From: Acidobacteriota bacterium
GTDB lineage: Bacteria; Acidobacteriota; Terriglobia; Bryobacterales; Bryobacteraceae
NCBI GenBank assembly: GCA_040007195.1
Contig: JBDTVQ010000001.1
Coordinates: 1-54,425 of the forward strand
Length of the DNA: 54,425 bases
Reading direction: 5' to 3'
Under the pieces are notes generated by a model. The model was not told the origin of the DNA, did no database searches, and was given only the letters and a program-made list of their open reading frames with translations. Numbering within the stretch: position 1 is the first letter of the stretch; the number at the start of each line of letters is the position of its first letter. The position numbers and the translations under genes were made by a program. Of the stretch, positions 44,463 to 53,546 are shown piece after piece.

Positions 44463-46818
44463 CGCTCTGCTTTGTGCGGCCATTTGTGGACAGGCGGCGG
44501 CGAAGGATCTCGACCTGACGAACGCCGTTGTGGTTGTCCCGGCGAACGCCAGCCGTCAGGAGCGGAAGGCGATTCAGGTGCTGGTGGAGGAGGTGGAGAA
44601 GCGCACGCAGATTCGTCTGCCGGAGGGCGCGGCGCCTGCGAATGGCGCCGGCATTGTGATCGAACGGGGCACGGCCGCAGCGCCCGCGGAAGGGTACCGG
44701 ATTGCGGTAGAGGGGAAGTTGGTTCGTGTCACGGGTAACGATGCACGCGGAATATTGTTCGGCATCGGCCATTTGCTGCGGAGTCTGCGCATGACCAAGC
44801 TGGCCATCAGCGTGCCGGAGGATCTCAGGGTGACCACTGCGCCAAAGTTTGCCATGCGCGGCCACCAATTAGGCTACCGGCCGAAGCCGAACTCCTACGA
44901 TGGCTGGACGCTGCCGATGTGGGAACAGTACATCCGCGATCTGGCGATATTCGGAACGAATGCCATTGAATTGATCCCGCCACGCTCGGACGATGCCGCC
45001 GATAGCCCGCACTTCCCGCTGTCGCAGATCGACACGATGATCGGCATGTCGCGCATCTGCGACGACTACGGGCTCGACGTCTGGATCTGGTATCCGGCGA
45101 TGGACAAAGACTACTCCGATCCGAAGACGGTGGAGTTCGCGCTGAAGGAGTGGGGCGGCGTATTCAGCAAGCTGCCTCGCGTGGACGCAGTGATGGTTCC
45201 CGGCGGCGACCCCGGACATACGCAGCCCAAATACCTGATGGCGCTGCTGGAAAAACAGACCGCAAATCTGCGCCGCTATCACCCGAAAGCAACGATGTGG
45301 GTGGCGCCTCAAAGCTTCAGCCGGGATTGGCTGAACGAGTTCCTGGAAATCGTGAAGACCGAGCCCGCGTGGCTACAGGGCATTGTCTATGGACCACAAA
45401 CGCGCATCTCGCTGCCTCAACTGCGGGCCGCCATTCCAAAAAAGTATCCGCTGCGCCACTACCCCGATATCACGCACAGCCGCCACAGCCAATTCCCGGT
45501 GCCCAACTGGGATACGGCGTTTGCGCTGACCGAGGGTAGAGAGATCATCAATCCACGGCCGCTCCAGATGGCCTCTATCTTTCGCCTGCTGCAGCCGTAC
45601 ACGGTGGGCGCAATTACCTATTCGGAAGGCTGCAACGATGACGTGAACAAGTTTCTTTGGAGCGCGCTTGGCTGGAACCCGGACGCCGATGTGACGTCGA
45701 TCCTGCGCGAGTACAGCCGATACTTCATCGGCGAAGCGTACACAGATACGTTTGCCCAGGGCTTGCTGGCGCTGGAACGAAACTGGACGGGCAGTGCGAT
45801 CGCCAACCAGGGAATTGAGGTAACTCTCCAGCAGTTCCAGAGTATGGAACATGAGGCCAATCCGCAGGAGCGTCTCAACTGGCGGTTTCAGCAGGCGCTG
45901 TACCGCGCCTACTACGACGCCTACACGCGCAGCCGCCTGATTTATGAGACCGCGCTTGAGGAACAGGCGATGGCCAGACTGCGCGACGGCGTGCGGCTGG
46001 GAGGTCTGGTGGCCTTGCAACAAGCGGAGCCGATTCTCGATAGGGCAGTGACTGAGCCCGTTTCGCAGGATTGGCGGGCCCGCGTGCTGGAACTGGGTGA
46101 GGCGCTGTTTCAAAGCATTCGAATGCAGCTCAGCGTGGAAAAGTATCAGGGCCAGGCGGTAGGACGGGGAGCGAACCTGAACACGCTCGACTTCCCGCTT
46201 AACAGCCGGCTTTGGCTGAAGGAGAGATTCCAGGAACTGCGCCAGCCCATTGGGGAAACCGAGCGCGTTAAGCGAATAGCGGCTATTACCGGATGGAAGA
46301 ATCCTGGCCCGGGCGGCTTCTACGATGATCTGGGCAAAATCGACCAACAGCCGCACCTGGTTCGCGGAAAGGGATTTCCGGAGGACCCGTCGTTCATGGA
46401 GTCCAGCCACATCACTTCGGCCAACGAATCGTACGATTCAAGGAATCCGATCAAAGGGGACTTTGCGCTGGTTGGAGTGGGGCTGCAACCGGCCGGCCCG
46501 TTTTCCTGGTGGGACATTGCCGAGACGCTTTATGATGCGCCGCTGGAGATGCGGTACGAAGGGCTCGACCCAGCGGCTCAATACAAGGTTCGCGTCGTCT
46601 ATGTGGGCGGCGCTATGGATGCAAAGATTCAATTGCAGGCCGACGGCCGGTTCGAGGTGCATCCACTGATCGCCAAGGCGCTGCAACCGATGGAATTCGA
46701 GATTCCACACGAGGCGACGGCCGACGGCGCGCTGCTGTTGAGCTGGCGACAGGCCGCCGATAACCGTGGCGCCGGCCGTGGCTGTCAGGTTGCCGAGATC
46801 TGGCTACTGAGGAAATGA
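44434..46818 (+). CDS. Secreted putative glycoside hydrolase (GH20b/GH67N-like N-terminal domain + TIM-barrel-like core), family unassigned
   Basis: AAGGAGAG precedes TTG 44434. A signal peptide (LAISALLCAAICGQAAA) is followed by GYRIAVEGKLVRVTGNDARGILFGIGHLLRSL and FAMRGHQLGYRP...WEQYIRDLAIFGTNAIELIPP...DVWIWYP...VMVPGGDPG. No catalytic residues could be assigned by eye. Confidence 0.55.
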   Translation: MKRTATLAISALLCAAICGQAAAKDLDLTNAVVVVPANASRQERKAIQVLVEEVEKRTQIRLPEGAAPANGAGIVIERGTAAAPAEGYRIAVEGKLVRVTGNDARGILFGIGHLLRSLRMTKLAISVPEDLRVTTAPKFAMRGHQLGYRPKPNSYDGWTLPMWEQYIRDLAIFGTNAIELIPPRSDDAADSPHFPLSQIDTMIGMSRICDDYGLDVWIWYPAMDKDYSDPKTVEFALKEWGGVFSKLPRVDAVMVPGGDPGHTQPKYLMALLEKQTANLRRYHPKATMWVAPQSFSRDWLNEFLEIVKTEPAWLQGIVYGPQTRISLPQLRAAIPKKYPLRHYPDITHSRHSQFPVPNWDTAFALTEGREIINPRPLQMASIFRLLQPYTVGAITYSEGCNDDVNKFLWSALGWNPDADVTSILREYSRYFIGEAYTDTFAQGLLALERNWTGSAIANQGIEVTLQQFQSMEHEANPQERLNWRFQQALYRAYYDAYTRSRLIYETALEEQAMARLRDGVRLGGLVALQQAEPILDRAVTEPVSQDWRARVLELGEALFQSIRMQLSVEKYQGQAVGRGANLNTLDFPLNSRLWLKERFQELRQPIGETERVKRIAAITGWKNPGPGGFYDDLGKIDQQPHLVRGKGFPEDPSFMESSHITSANESYDSRNPIKGDFALVGVGLQPAGPFSWWDIAETLYDAPLEMRYEGLDPAAQYKVRVVYVGGAMDAKIQLQADGRFEVHPLIAKALQPMEFEIPHEATADGALLLSWRQAADNRGAGRGCQVAEIWLLRK

Positions 46819-46841
46819 GGCGAGTTGGCCTGGTCACTAAG

Positions 46842-48008
46842 ATGAATACAAAACAACTAATTACTGCTCTATTGCCTTTACTCTGGGTGCCGTGCGTGCA
46901 TGCGGAGGGAAAGATGCTGGCAATTCCAGGCCAGCCAGCCGATCCGCATACGATTGCATGGGGCTCGCCGGGCATTCCCCATCTTCAGGAACCGCCGGTC
47001 ACGATATTCGCGGGCGTCAAAGATGAGTCCACTTACAACAATCATGCCTATCTTGAATTTTTCGACGGTAAGTTTTGGGCGATGTGGTCGACGCATCCCA
47101 CCAACGGCAATTTCCATGGGATGACTGTCGTCTACTCCACGAGCGTGGACGGCACTAAGTGGAGCGCGCCGGGGCCCATCACGACCATCCCGGCCGGGAA
47201 GCGTTACGTCGCCCGCGGCTTCTGGAGCCGCAATGGAAAGTTGCTTGCTTTGGCTAGTTTCGACTCCGGCCAGCCAAAGAGCCAGAAATATTGGGCGGCG
47301 CCCGACCTGGAGCTTCAGGCTTTTGAGTGGAATCCGAAGACGGCAAAATGGTCGCTTCTCGGCGTGGCTTACAAGGACGCCATCAATAACTTTCCGCCGA
47401 AAAAATTACCCGGCGGGCAGTGGATGATGGCGCGCCGCGATTACCAGTTCCGGCTGACGCTGATGACGGGAGGGGTCGCCGGATTCGACCGCTGGGCGAT
47501 CTCCGAAGTCCCTAACCCCGAAGACCGTTCCTTTAACGAGCCCGACGTTGTGGTGCGCGCCGACGGCAGCGTGGCGATGCACATACGCGACAACTCCCGG
47601 TCGAAGTGGCTATACCGGTCGGTTAGCAAGGATGGCGGTTTGACGTGGAGCGTGCCCGAGCAGACTAATTTCCCCGATGCGACTTCGAAGAATTTCAATC
47701 TCCGCCTGAGCAATGGCCTTTACGTGCTGGTGAGCAATCCGAGTCCGAACTCGCGCGTTCCCCTCACCGTTGGCACGTCTCGCGACGGCGCCACCTATGA
47801 CCGGATCGCGATTGTCGACGATACGCCCGGGGGACCGCGGATTCCGGGAGTCGACAAGGGACCAGGCTATACATATCCGCACGCCATTGAGCATGGCGGG
47901 TATCTCTATGTGATTTATTCGCGGCACCGCGACGACATCGTCGTCCGTCGGGTAAAGATCGGCGATCTGGCCAAGCTGCCGGCGCCTTCATGGGGGATGA
48001 AACAATGA
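46842..48008 (+). CDS. BNR/sialidase-fold propeller protein, divergent paralogue P4
   Basis: A signal peptide is followed by FDGKFWAMWS, STSVDGTKWS, SVSKDGGLTWSVPEQTNFPDATSKNFNLRLSNGLYVLVSNPSP, SRDGATY and YPHAIEHGGYLYVIYSRHRDDIVV. The alternative start is 46815. Confidence 0.8.
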   Translation: MNTKQLITALLPLLWVPCVHAEGKMLAIPGQPADPHTIAWGSPGIPHLQEPPVTIFAGVKDESTYNNHAYLEFFDGKFWAMWSTHPTNGNFHGMTVVYSTSVDGTKWSAPGPITTIPAGKRYVARGFWSRNGKLLALASFDSGQPKSQKYWAAPDLELQAFEWNPKTAKWSLLGVAYKDAINNFPPKKLPGGQWMMARRDYQFRLTLMTGGVAGFDRWAISEVPNPEDRSFNEPDVVVRADGSVAMHIRDNSRSKWLYRSVSKDGGLTWSVPEQTNFPDATSKNFNLRLSNGLYVLVSNPSPNSRVPLTVGTSRDGATYDRIAIVDDTPGGPRIPGVDKGPGYTYPHAIEHGGYLYVIYSRHRDDIVVRRVKIGDLAKLPAPSWGMKQ

Positions 48009-49456
48009 GCGTCATGACAAGACGAGGACTTTTGGCTGGAGTTGCGCCGGCGTTTTTACGTGGCCAGTCCGCTGCCCGCCGGAACGTGCTTTTCATCGGA
48101 GTGGACGATTTGCGGCCGCAGCTGGGCTGCTACGGCGACCGCTTCGCGAAATCGCCGAACATCGACGGGCTGGCATCGCGCGGCGTGACCTTCGATCGGG
48201 CCTACTGCCAGCAGGCGGTCTGCGGGCCATCGCGGTCTTCGCTCCTCACTGGACTGCGTCCGGACACCATCCGCGTCTACGATCTCAACACGTCGTTCCG
48301 CGTTGCCGTGCCGGATGCTGTAACGCTGCCGCAGTTATTCCTGAATCACGGCTACCACACCGAAAATATCGGCAAGATCTTCCACGGCACCGAACTGATG
48401 AATGACCGCCGCAGCTGGTCTGTTCCGGAACGCCTGAACATGGTGACCAAGCGCGAACAGTACGCGCTCACCAAGAACAAGCCCGCCGAAGACTGGACCA
48501 AAACCGTAGCCACCGAACGCGCCGACGTTCCCGACGATGGCTATATTGACGGGCGCGTCGCCTTGGATGCGGTTGAGACGCTGCAGCGGCTCAAAGGCAA
48601 GCCGTTCTTTCTGGGCGTGGGGATCACCAAGCCGCACCTGCCGTTTACGGCTCCGGGAAAATACTGGGATCAGTTCAATCGGGCGCAACTGCCGCTGCCG
48701 CCCAATCTAGAGTGGCCCAAAGATGCGCCCCGGTTCGCGATTCCCACTTACAGCGAGTTACGCAGTTACGCCGACTTCCCCGACGAGGGGCCGATCTCCG
48801 AAGCGAAGATGCGCGAGGCGATTCACGGCTACTATGCGGCCTCGTCCTACGCCGACGCCTGCATTGGCAAGGTGCTGAACGAACTGGATCGCCTGGGCCT
48901 GCGCGACAACACGGTGGTGGTCCTATGGGGCGATCACGGCTGGCATCTCGGCGAGAATACGCATTGGGGGAAGTCCACCAACTTCGAGATCTGCACACGC
49001 GTGCCGATGATCGTTTCGGCGCCCGGGGCGGGAAAGGCGGGAGTCCATTCGCCCGCGCTGGTGGAATGCGTGGACATGTATCCGACGCTCGCCGAACTGT
49101 GCGGTTTGCCCGCGCCCTCCACGCTTGAGGGAACCAGCATGGCGCGCCTGTTGAAAGATCCGCGCCGGCACTGGAAGACGGCTGCGTTCAGTCAGTATCC
49201 CCGCTCTTCGAAAACGAGCGTGGGGAGCGCGGCGATCCTTGGCGGCGACGTGATGGGCTATTCGATGCGGACCAATGACTACCGCTATAACGAGTGGCGC
49301 GACAAGGGCGGCCACGTGCTGGACACCGAGCTCTACGACCATATCAAGGACCCGGCCGAGACGGTGAACGTCGCCGGACAGGCCTCCTATGGAAAGGTAT
49401 TGACGGAGATGAAAAAGATGATGCAAGCCGGCTGGCGGGGCGCCCAGCATGTTTAG
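48005..49456 (+). CDS. Cys-type sulfatase, iduronate-2-sulfatase-like
   Basis: The Tat-like leader is MTRRGLLAGVAPAFL. The N-terminus reads NVLFIGVDDLRPQLGCYGD...SPNIDGLASRGVTFDRAYCQQAVCGPSRSSLLTGLRPDT (CxPxR formylglycine motif). Also present are KPHLPF and VVLWGDHGWHLGE. The ATG overlaps the P4 stop (ATGA). Confidence 0.85.
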   Translation: MSVMTRRGLLAGVAPAFLRGQSAARRNVLFIGVDDLRPQLGCYGDRFAKSPNIDGLASRGVTFDRAYCQQAVCGPSRSSLLTGLRPDTIRVYDLNTSFRVAVPDAVTLPQLFLNHGYHTENIGKIFHGTELMNDRRSWSVPERLNMVTKREQYALTKNKPAEDWTKTVATERADVPDDGYIDGRVALDAVETLQRLKGKPFFLGVGITKPHLPFTAPGKYWDQFNRAQLPLPPNLEWPKDAPRFAIPTYSELRSYADFPDEGPISEAKMREAIHGYYAASSYADACIGKVLNELDRLGLRDNTVVVLWGDHGWHLGENTHWGKSTNFEICTRVPMIVSAPGAGKAGVHSPALVECVDMYPTLAELCGLPAPSTLEGTSMARLLKDPRRHWKTAAFSQYPRSSKTSVGSAAILGGDVMGYSMRTNDYRYNEWRDKGGHVLDTELYDHIKDPAETVNVAGQASYGKVLTEMKKMMQAGWRGAQHV

Positions 49457-51650
49457 AACGGCGGGCGCAGTATTTTTCTGCGCAGTGGCCGCCGCCGCTC
49501 AAGGCCCGGCGGCGCTGCTGGCCGATCCCGCGGCGTTGGCCTCACCGAAGCAATTGCAGGTGGTCCCCTCACGCACGTCGAGCATCTATCGAGCCGAAGC
49601 GGGCCAGTGGCAGTTTAACCTGCACTCGTATGTCACCCATTTCGAGGGAAGGTTCTGGGCCATCTGGTCTTCCGGGCGTGTCGACGAAGACAGCCCGAGC
49701 CAATTGATTCGATATTCAACCAGCGCCGATGGACACCGTTGGGAGACGCCGAAGATCTTAGTGGACGATCCCGATGGCGAGGACAAGCCGGGCCGTTGGA
49801 TTGCGCGAGGCATCTACGTGCAGGATGGAAAGCTTCAGGCGTTGAACGCCTACGTGGAGGGATCGCAAGAGACTCCGCGCGGCCGCGAGTCGTGGCGGAA
49901 CCTGCGCCTGGTACGGTTCGAGTGGAACGGCAAGGGCTGGCAGAACCGCGGAACCTATCTCGATAACTGCATGAACAACTATCCGCCCAGAGTTCTCGAC
50001 GGGCACCTGTTCATGACGTGCCGCGATAGCTTCGCCAAGATGCACACGGCCCGTGCCGAATCCACGAGCGGAACGGGGTGGACCGTAACGGCGCTGCCCG
50101 GTGCGCCCCCGCACGACAAGATGAGCGAGCCCAGTTGGTACACGGATTCGCAAGGCGTCGCGCATCTCATTTTTCGCGACGGAGGCCGCTCGCACCTTCT
50201 TCATCATTCCTTGAGCCAGGACGGGGGGAAAACCTGGAGCGCCCCGGTACAGACCAACTATCCCGACGCGACGAGCAAAAACATTGCGGGCCGCTTATCC
50301 AATGGCTGGTACTTTCTGGTGAACAATCCCGATCCGAAGAGCCGAGATCCCCTGGCGATTTCGTTTAGCCGCGATGGCTGGACGTTCGACAAGCCCCGGG
50401 CACTGCGGATGAATGCGCCCACGCAGAGGTTCGGCGGGCGCGCGAAGACGGTGAATAGCTTTCAGTACCCGCATGTACTGGAGAAGGATGGATCGCTGTG
50501 GGTGATCTGTTCGACGAACAAGGAAGATATCGAAATTTCCCAGTTCAAGATCGCGGATTTTGGATTGGAACGGCTGCCCGAGAGGCTGCTCAGCACCGAC
50601 GGGCTGTTGCGTGATCCTCTGAATCTTCCGGAAGCTCCCGGCCGCAGGGGGACCGTATTCCGGGGGGAAGAGAACAAATCCGGGTTCAACCTCCACTCTT
50701 ATCTCGCGCACCACGATGGCAAATTCTGGGCTATCTGGTCCTCAAGTGCCGTCGGCGAGGAGGACCCGGATCAGCACATTCTGTATGCGACCAGCAAGGA
50801 TGGACTGAACTGGAGTTCGGCGAAGGTGCTGGTTGCGGATCCGGATGGTCCTCAGGGACCGGCGCGCTGGATTGCACGCGGAATTTATGTCGACCAGGGA
50901 AAGCTTACGGCGCTAGGCGCCTATATCGAGAGCGCCGATTACGGCAAACGAGGGAAAGCGGAAGTGTGGAAGGCTCTGCGGTTGATGCGCTTTGAATGGA
51001 CCGGCAAGGGTTGGGAACCGAAGGGTGTATTTGCCGATAACTGCATGAACAACTTTCCGCCCGAGCGTCTGGGGGCGTATCTGTCTCTGGTATGCCGCGA
51101 CAGCAACATGACGGTCAAGATGGCGCTGGCCGACGCGCCCGGCGCAAACGCATGGAAGTTTACCCCGCTTGCCGCCCATCCGCCGTACGACAAGATGGAT
51201 GAGCCGACTTACTATGCCACCGGCAACGGCGAAGTCCACATGATCGTGCGGGATAACTCGCGTTCCGGTTACCTGCTACGCGCCATCAGCCGCGACTATG
51301 GACAGACTTGGTCGCAGCCCGTCCGGACCAACTATCCCGACGCCACCAGTAAGAATTTTCCGGGCCGCCTTTCCAACGGCTGGTATTTTCTCATCAATAA
51401 TCCCAATCCAAAGGCGCGCGATCCGCTGGCGATATCGTTCAGCCGCGATGGTTGGGAGTTCAGCCACTCGATGGCTATTCGGAAGAACGCGCCGCCCCGC
51501 CGGTTTGCGGGGCGGGCAAAAGGAAGCGGGAGCATGCAGTATCCGCACGCAATCGAGCACGGTGGCTCACTTTGGGTGATCTATTCCACCAACAAAGAAG
51601 ATATTGAAGTCGCCGAATTACCGCTGAAGAACCTGGAGTTGCCACGATGA
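49449..51650 (+). CDS. Tandem double BNR/sialidase-fold propeller protein (P3a-P3b fusion)
   Basis: There is one signal peptide, then two complete copies of the P1/P2 motif set. The first copy ends ...STNKEDIEISQFKIADFGLE. The second begins at ...LLRDPLNLPEAP... and ends STNKEDIEVAELPLKNLELPR. Confidence 0.85.
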   Translation: MFRTAGAVFFCAVAAAAQGPAALLADPAALASPKQLQVVPSRTSSIYRAEAGQWQFNLHSYVTHFEGRFWAIWSSGRVDEDSPSQLIRYSTSADGHRWETPKILVDDPDGEDKPGRWIARGIYVQDGKLQALNAYVEGSQETPRGRESWRNLRLVRFEWNGKGWQNRGTYLDNCMNNYPPRVLDGHLFMTCRDSFAKMHTARAESTSGTGWTVTALPGAPPHDKMSEPSWYTDSQGVAHLIFRDGGRSHLLHHSLSQDGGKTWSAPVQTNYPDATSKNIAGRLSNGWYFLVNNPDPKSRDPLAISFSRDGWTFDKPRALRMNAPTQRFGGRAKTVNSFQYPHVLEKDGSLWVICSTNKEDIEISQFKIADFGLERLPERLLSTDGLLRDPLNLPEAPGRRGTVFRGEENKSGFNLHSYLAHHDGKFWAIWSSSAVGEEDPDQHILYATSKDGLNWSSAKVLVADPDGPQGPARWIARGIYVDQGKLTALGAYIESADYGKRGKAEVWKALRLMRFEWTGKGWEPKGVFADNCMNNFPPERLGAYLSLVCRDSNMTVKMALADAPGANAWKFTPLAAHPPYDKMDEPTYYATGNGEVHMIVRDNSRSGYLLRAISRDYGQTWSQPVRTNYPDATSKNFPGRLSNGWYFLINNPNPKARDPLAISFSRDGWEFSHSMAIRKNAPPRRFAGRAKGSGSMQYPHAIEHGGSLWVIYSTNKEDIEVAELPLKNLELPR

Positions 51651-53470
51651 CAAGATTTGCACTTTTCCTGATTGCGTTGACGCCCATTTGGGCGGTCCAA
51701 CAATTCGACGTGGTCGTCTACGGCGGCACTCCGGGAGGTGTGGCTTCCGCTGTCAGTGCCGCGCGCAGCGGGCACAGCGTGGCGCTCATCGAGTATCACA
51801 AGCATCTCGGCGGCATGACGACCAGCGGTCTCGGCAAATCCGACATTGAAACACGCGAGGCAATCGGCGGGCTGTTTCGCGAGTTCGTGGGCGAAGTCCG
51901 CCGCCACTACATCGAGCACTATGGAGCGTCGTCGGAGAACGTCAAGCTGGCGCGCGACGGCTATTACTTCGAGCCGTCGGTGGCGCAGCGCGTGATCGAC
52001 CGGATGGTATCGGCCGAAAGCCGCATCAAGGTATATACTTACCACCGGCTGGAAGAAGCGGTTCGGGAGGGCAATCGACTTACCGCGATCCGCGTCCTCA
52101 ACCGGGCTACGAATACTGTCGATGAGTTTCGCGGGCGGATCTTTATCGATGGAACCTATGAAGGCGACTTACTTGCCTTCGCCGGTGCGCGCTACAGGCT
52201 GGGACGGGAAAGCCGGGCGGAGTTCAATGAGTTGCATGCCGGAGTCGTGTACCAAGACCACGAGACGCGCACGTTTCTCGCGGGCACGACCGGCAAGGGC
52301 GATAAGAGAATTACGGCATACACCTACCGGCTGTGCCTCACCACCGATCCGGCCAACAGCCACGTGCTGCGCCAGCCGCCGCCGGACTACGACCGCAGCC
52401 GGTACCTCGGCTATATCGACGATTGGAAGGCGGGCCGCATGGGGCCGCCGAAAGTTATGAAGGAAGGCGTGGGTTATTTCGCGCCGACGTTCAATACGAT
52501 GGTCCGCGTCTTTTCGATCGCCGAAATTCCGAACAAGAAAACCGACGTGAACATGAATCCGCGTCTGCCCGGTTTTCCATTTACGGAAGAGAACTACGCC
52601 TACCCCGAAGCGAACTGGGAGCAGCGCGAGAAAATTTCGGAGAAGATTCGTAACATCACGCTGGGGCTGCTCTACTTTATTCAGAACGATGAGGCAATCC
52701 CCGCCGAGCACCGCAAGCTGGCGAATCAGTACAATCTGGCCAAAGACGAGTTTGCCGACAATGACAATTTCCCGTTCCAACTGTATGTGCGTGAAGCGCG
52801 CCGTTTGGCCGGCCTTTACACGCTGACGGAAAATGACACGAACGTCGGTCCCGAACTGGGACGGACCCAAGTACACCAGGACAGCGTCGCGGCAGGCGAG
52901 TTTCCGATCGATAGCTTCCCGGTTCGAAAGCATGAGAAGGGGCATGACCTCGGACTTGAAGGCTACATCTTCATGCTCGACCAGATGACGAAGCCTTACC
53001 AGATTCCCTACCGGATCATGATTCCCGAAACGGTCGATGGGCTCATCGTGCCGGTGGCGGCATCGACGACGCATATCGCCTTCTCCACCATCCGACTGGA
53101 GCCGACCTGGATGGCACTGGGCCAAGCAGCGGGGGTGGCGGCCCACCTTGCCATCGAATCCAGTGTGCAGCCGCGCGCGGTGAACATTGATCGGCTGCAG
53201 CGTGAGATTTTGAAGCGTAACCAGGTGATCACCTATTTCAAGGACATCGACCACAAAGACCCGGCCTACGCGGCGCTGCAGTATTTTGGCGCCAAAGGTT
53301 TCTTCAACGACTATCAGGCGCGCTCGAGCGAACTGGTGGATGAGGAGACTGCGCGCAAATGGTGGAAAATCGCCACGGGTGAGGCGCCGCCAACGAACGC
53401 GGCGGGCGGTAGAACGCGCGGGCAGTTGTGCAACTTCCTCTACGAAATGACGGGTGCAAAGACGCGTTGA
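51647..53470 (+). CDS. FAD-dependent oxidoreductase (FAD_oxidored type), hydrophobic leader, paralogue F2
   Basis: The leader MTRFALFLIALTPIWAV is followed by FDVVVYGGTPGGVASAVSAARSGHSVALIEYHKHLGGMTTSGLGKSDIE. It is colinear with F1 throughout. The ATG overlaps the preceding stop (ATGA). Confidence 0.85.
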   Translation: MTRFALFLIALTPIWAVQQFDVVVYGGTPGGVASAVSAARSGHSVALIEYHKHLGGMTTSGLGKSDIETREAIGGLFREFVGEVRRHYIEHYGASSENVKLARDGYYFEPSVAQRVIDRMVSAESRIKVYTYHRLEEAVREGNRLTAIRVLNRATNTVDEFRGRIFIDGTYEGDLLAFAGARYRLGRESRAEFNELHAGVVYQDHETRTFLAGTTGKGDKRITAYTYRLCLTTDPANSHVLRQPPPDYDRSRYLGYIDDWKAGRMGPPKVMKEGVGYFAPTFNTMVRVFSIAEIPNKKTDVNMNPRLPGFPFTEENYAYPEANWEQREKISEKIRNITLGLLYFIQNDEAIPAEHRKLANQYNLAKDEFADNDNFPFQLYVREARRLAGLYTLTENDTNVGPELGRTQVHQDSVAAGEFPIDSFPVRKHEKGHDLGLEGYIFMLDQMTKPYQIPYRIMIPETVDGLIVPVAASTTHIAFSTIRLEPTWMALGQAAGVAAHLAIESSVQPRAVNIDRLQREILKRNQVITYFKDIDHKDPAYAALQYFGAKGFFNDYQARSSELVDEETARKWWKIATGEAPPTNAAGGRTRGQLCNFLYEMTGAKTR

Positions 53471-53546
53471 GCCTGGCCTTGCACCGGCCGGGGCTGGTGT
53501 TTGGCATCCGAGGCGTGCGATGGCCGTAGTGCAGTCATCGAGGCCG

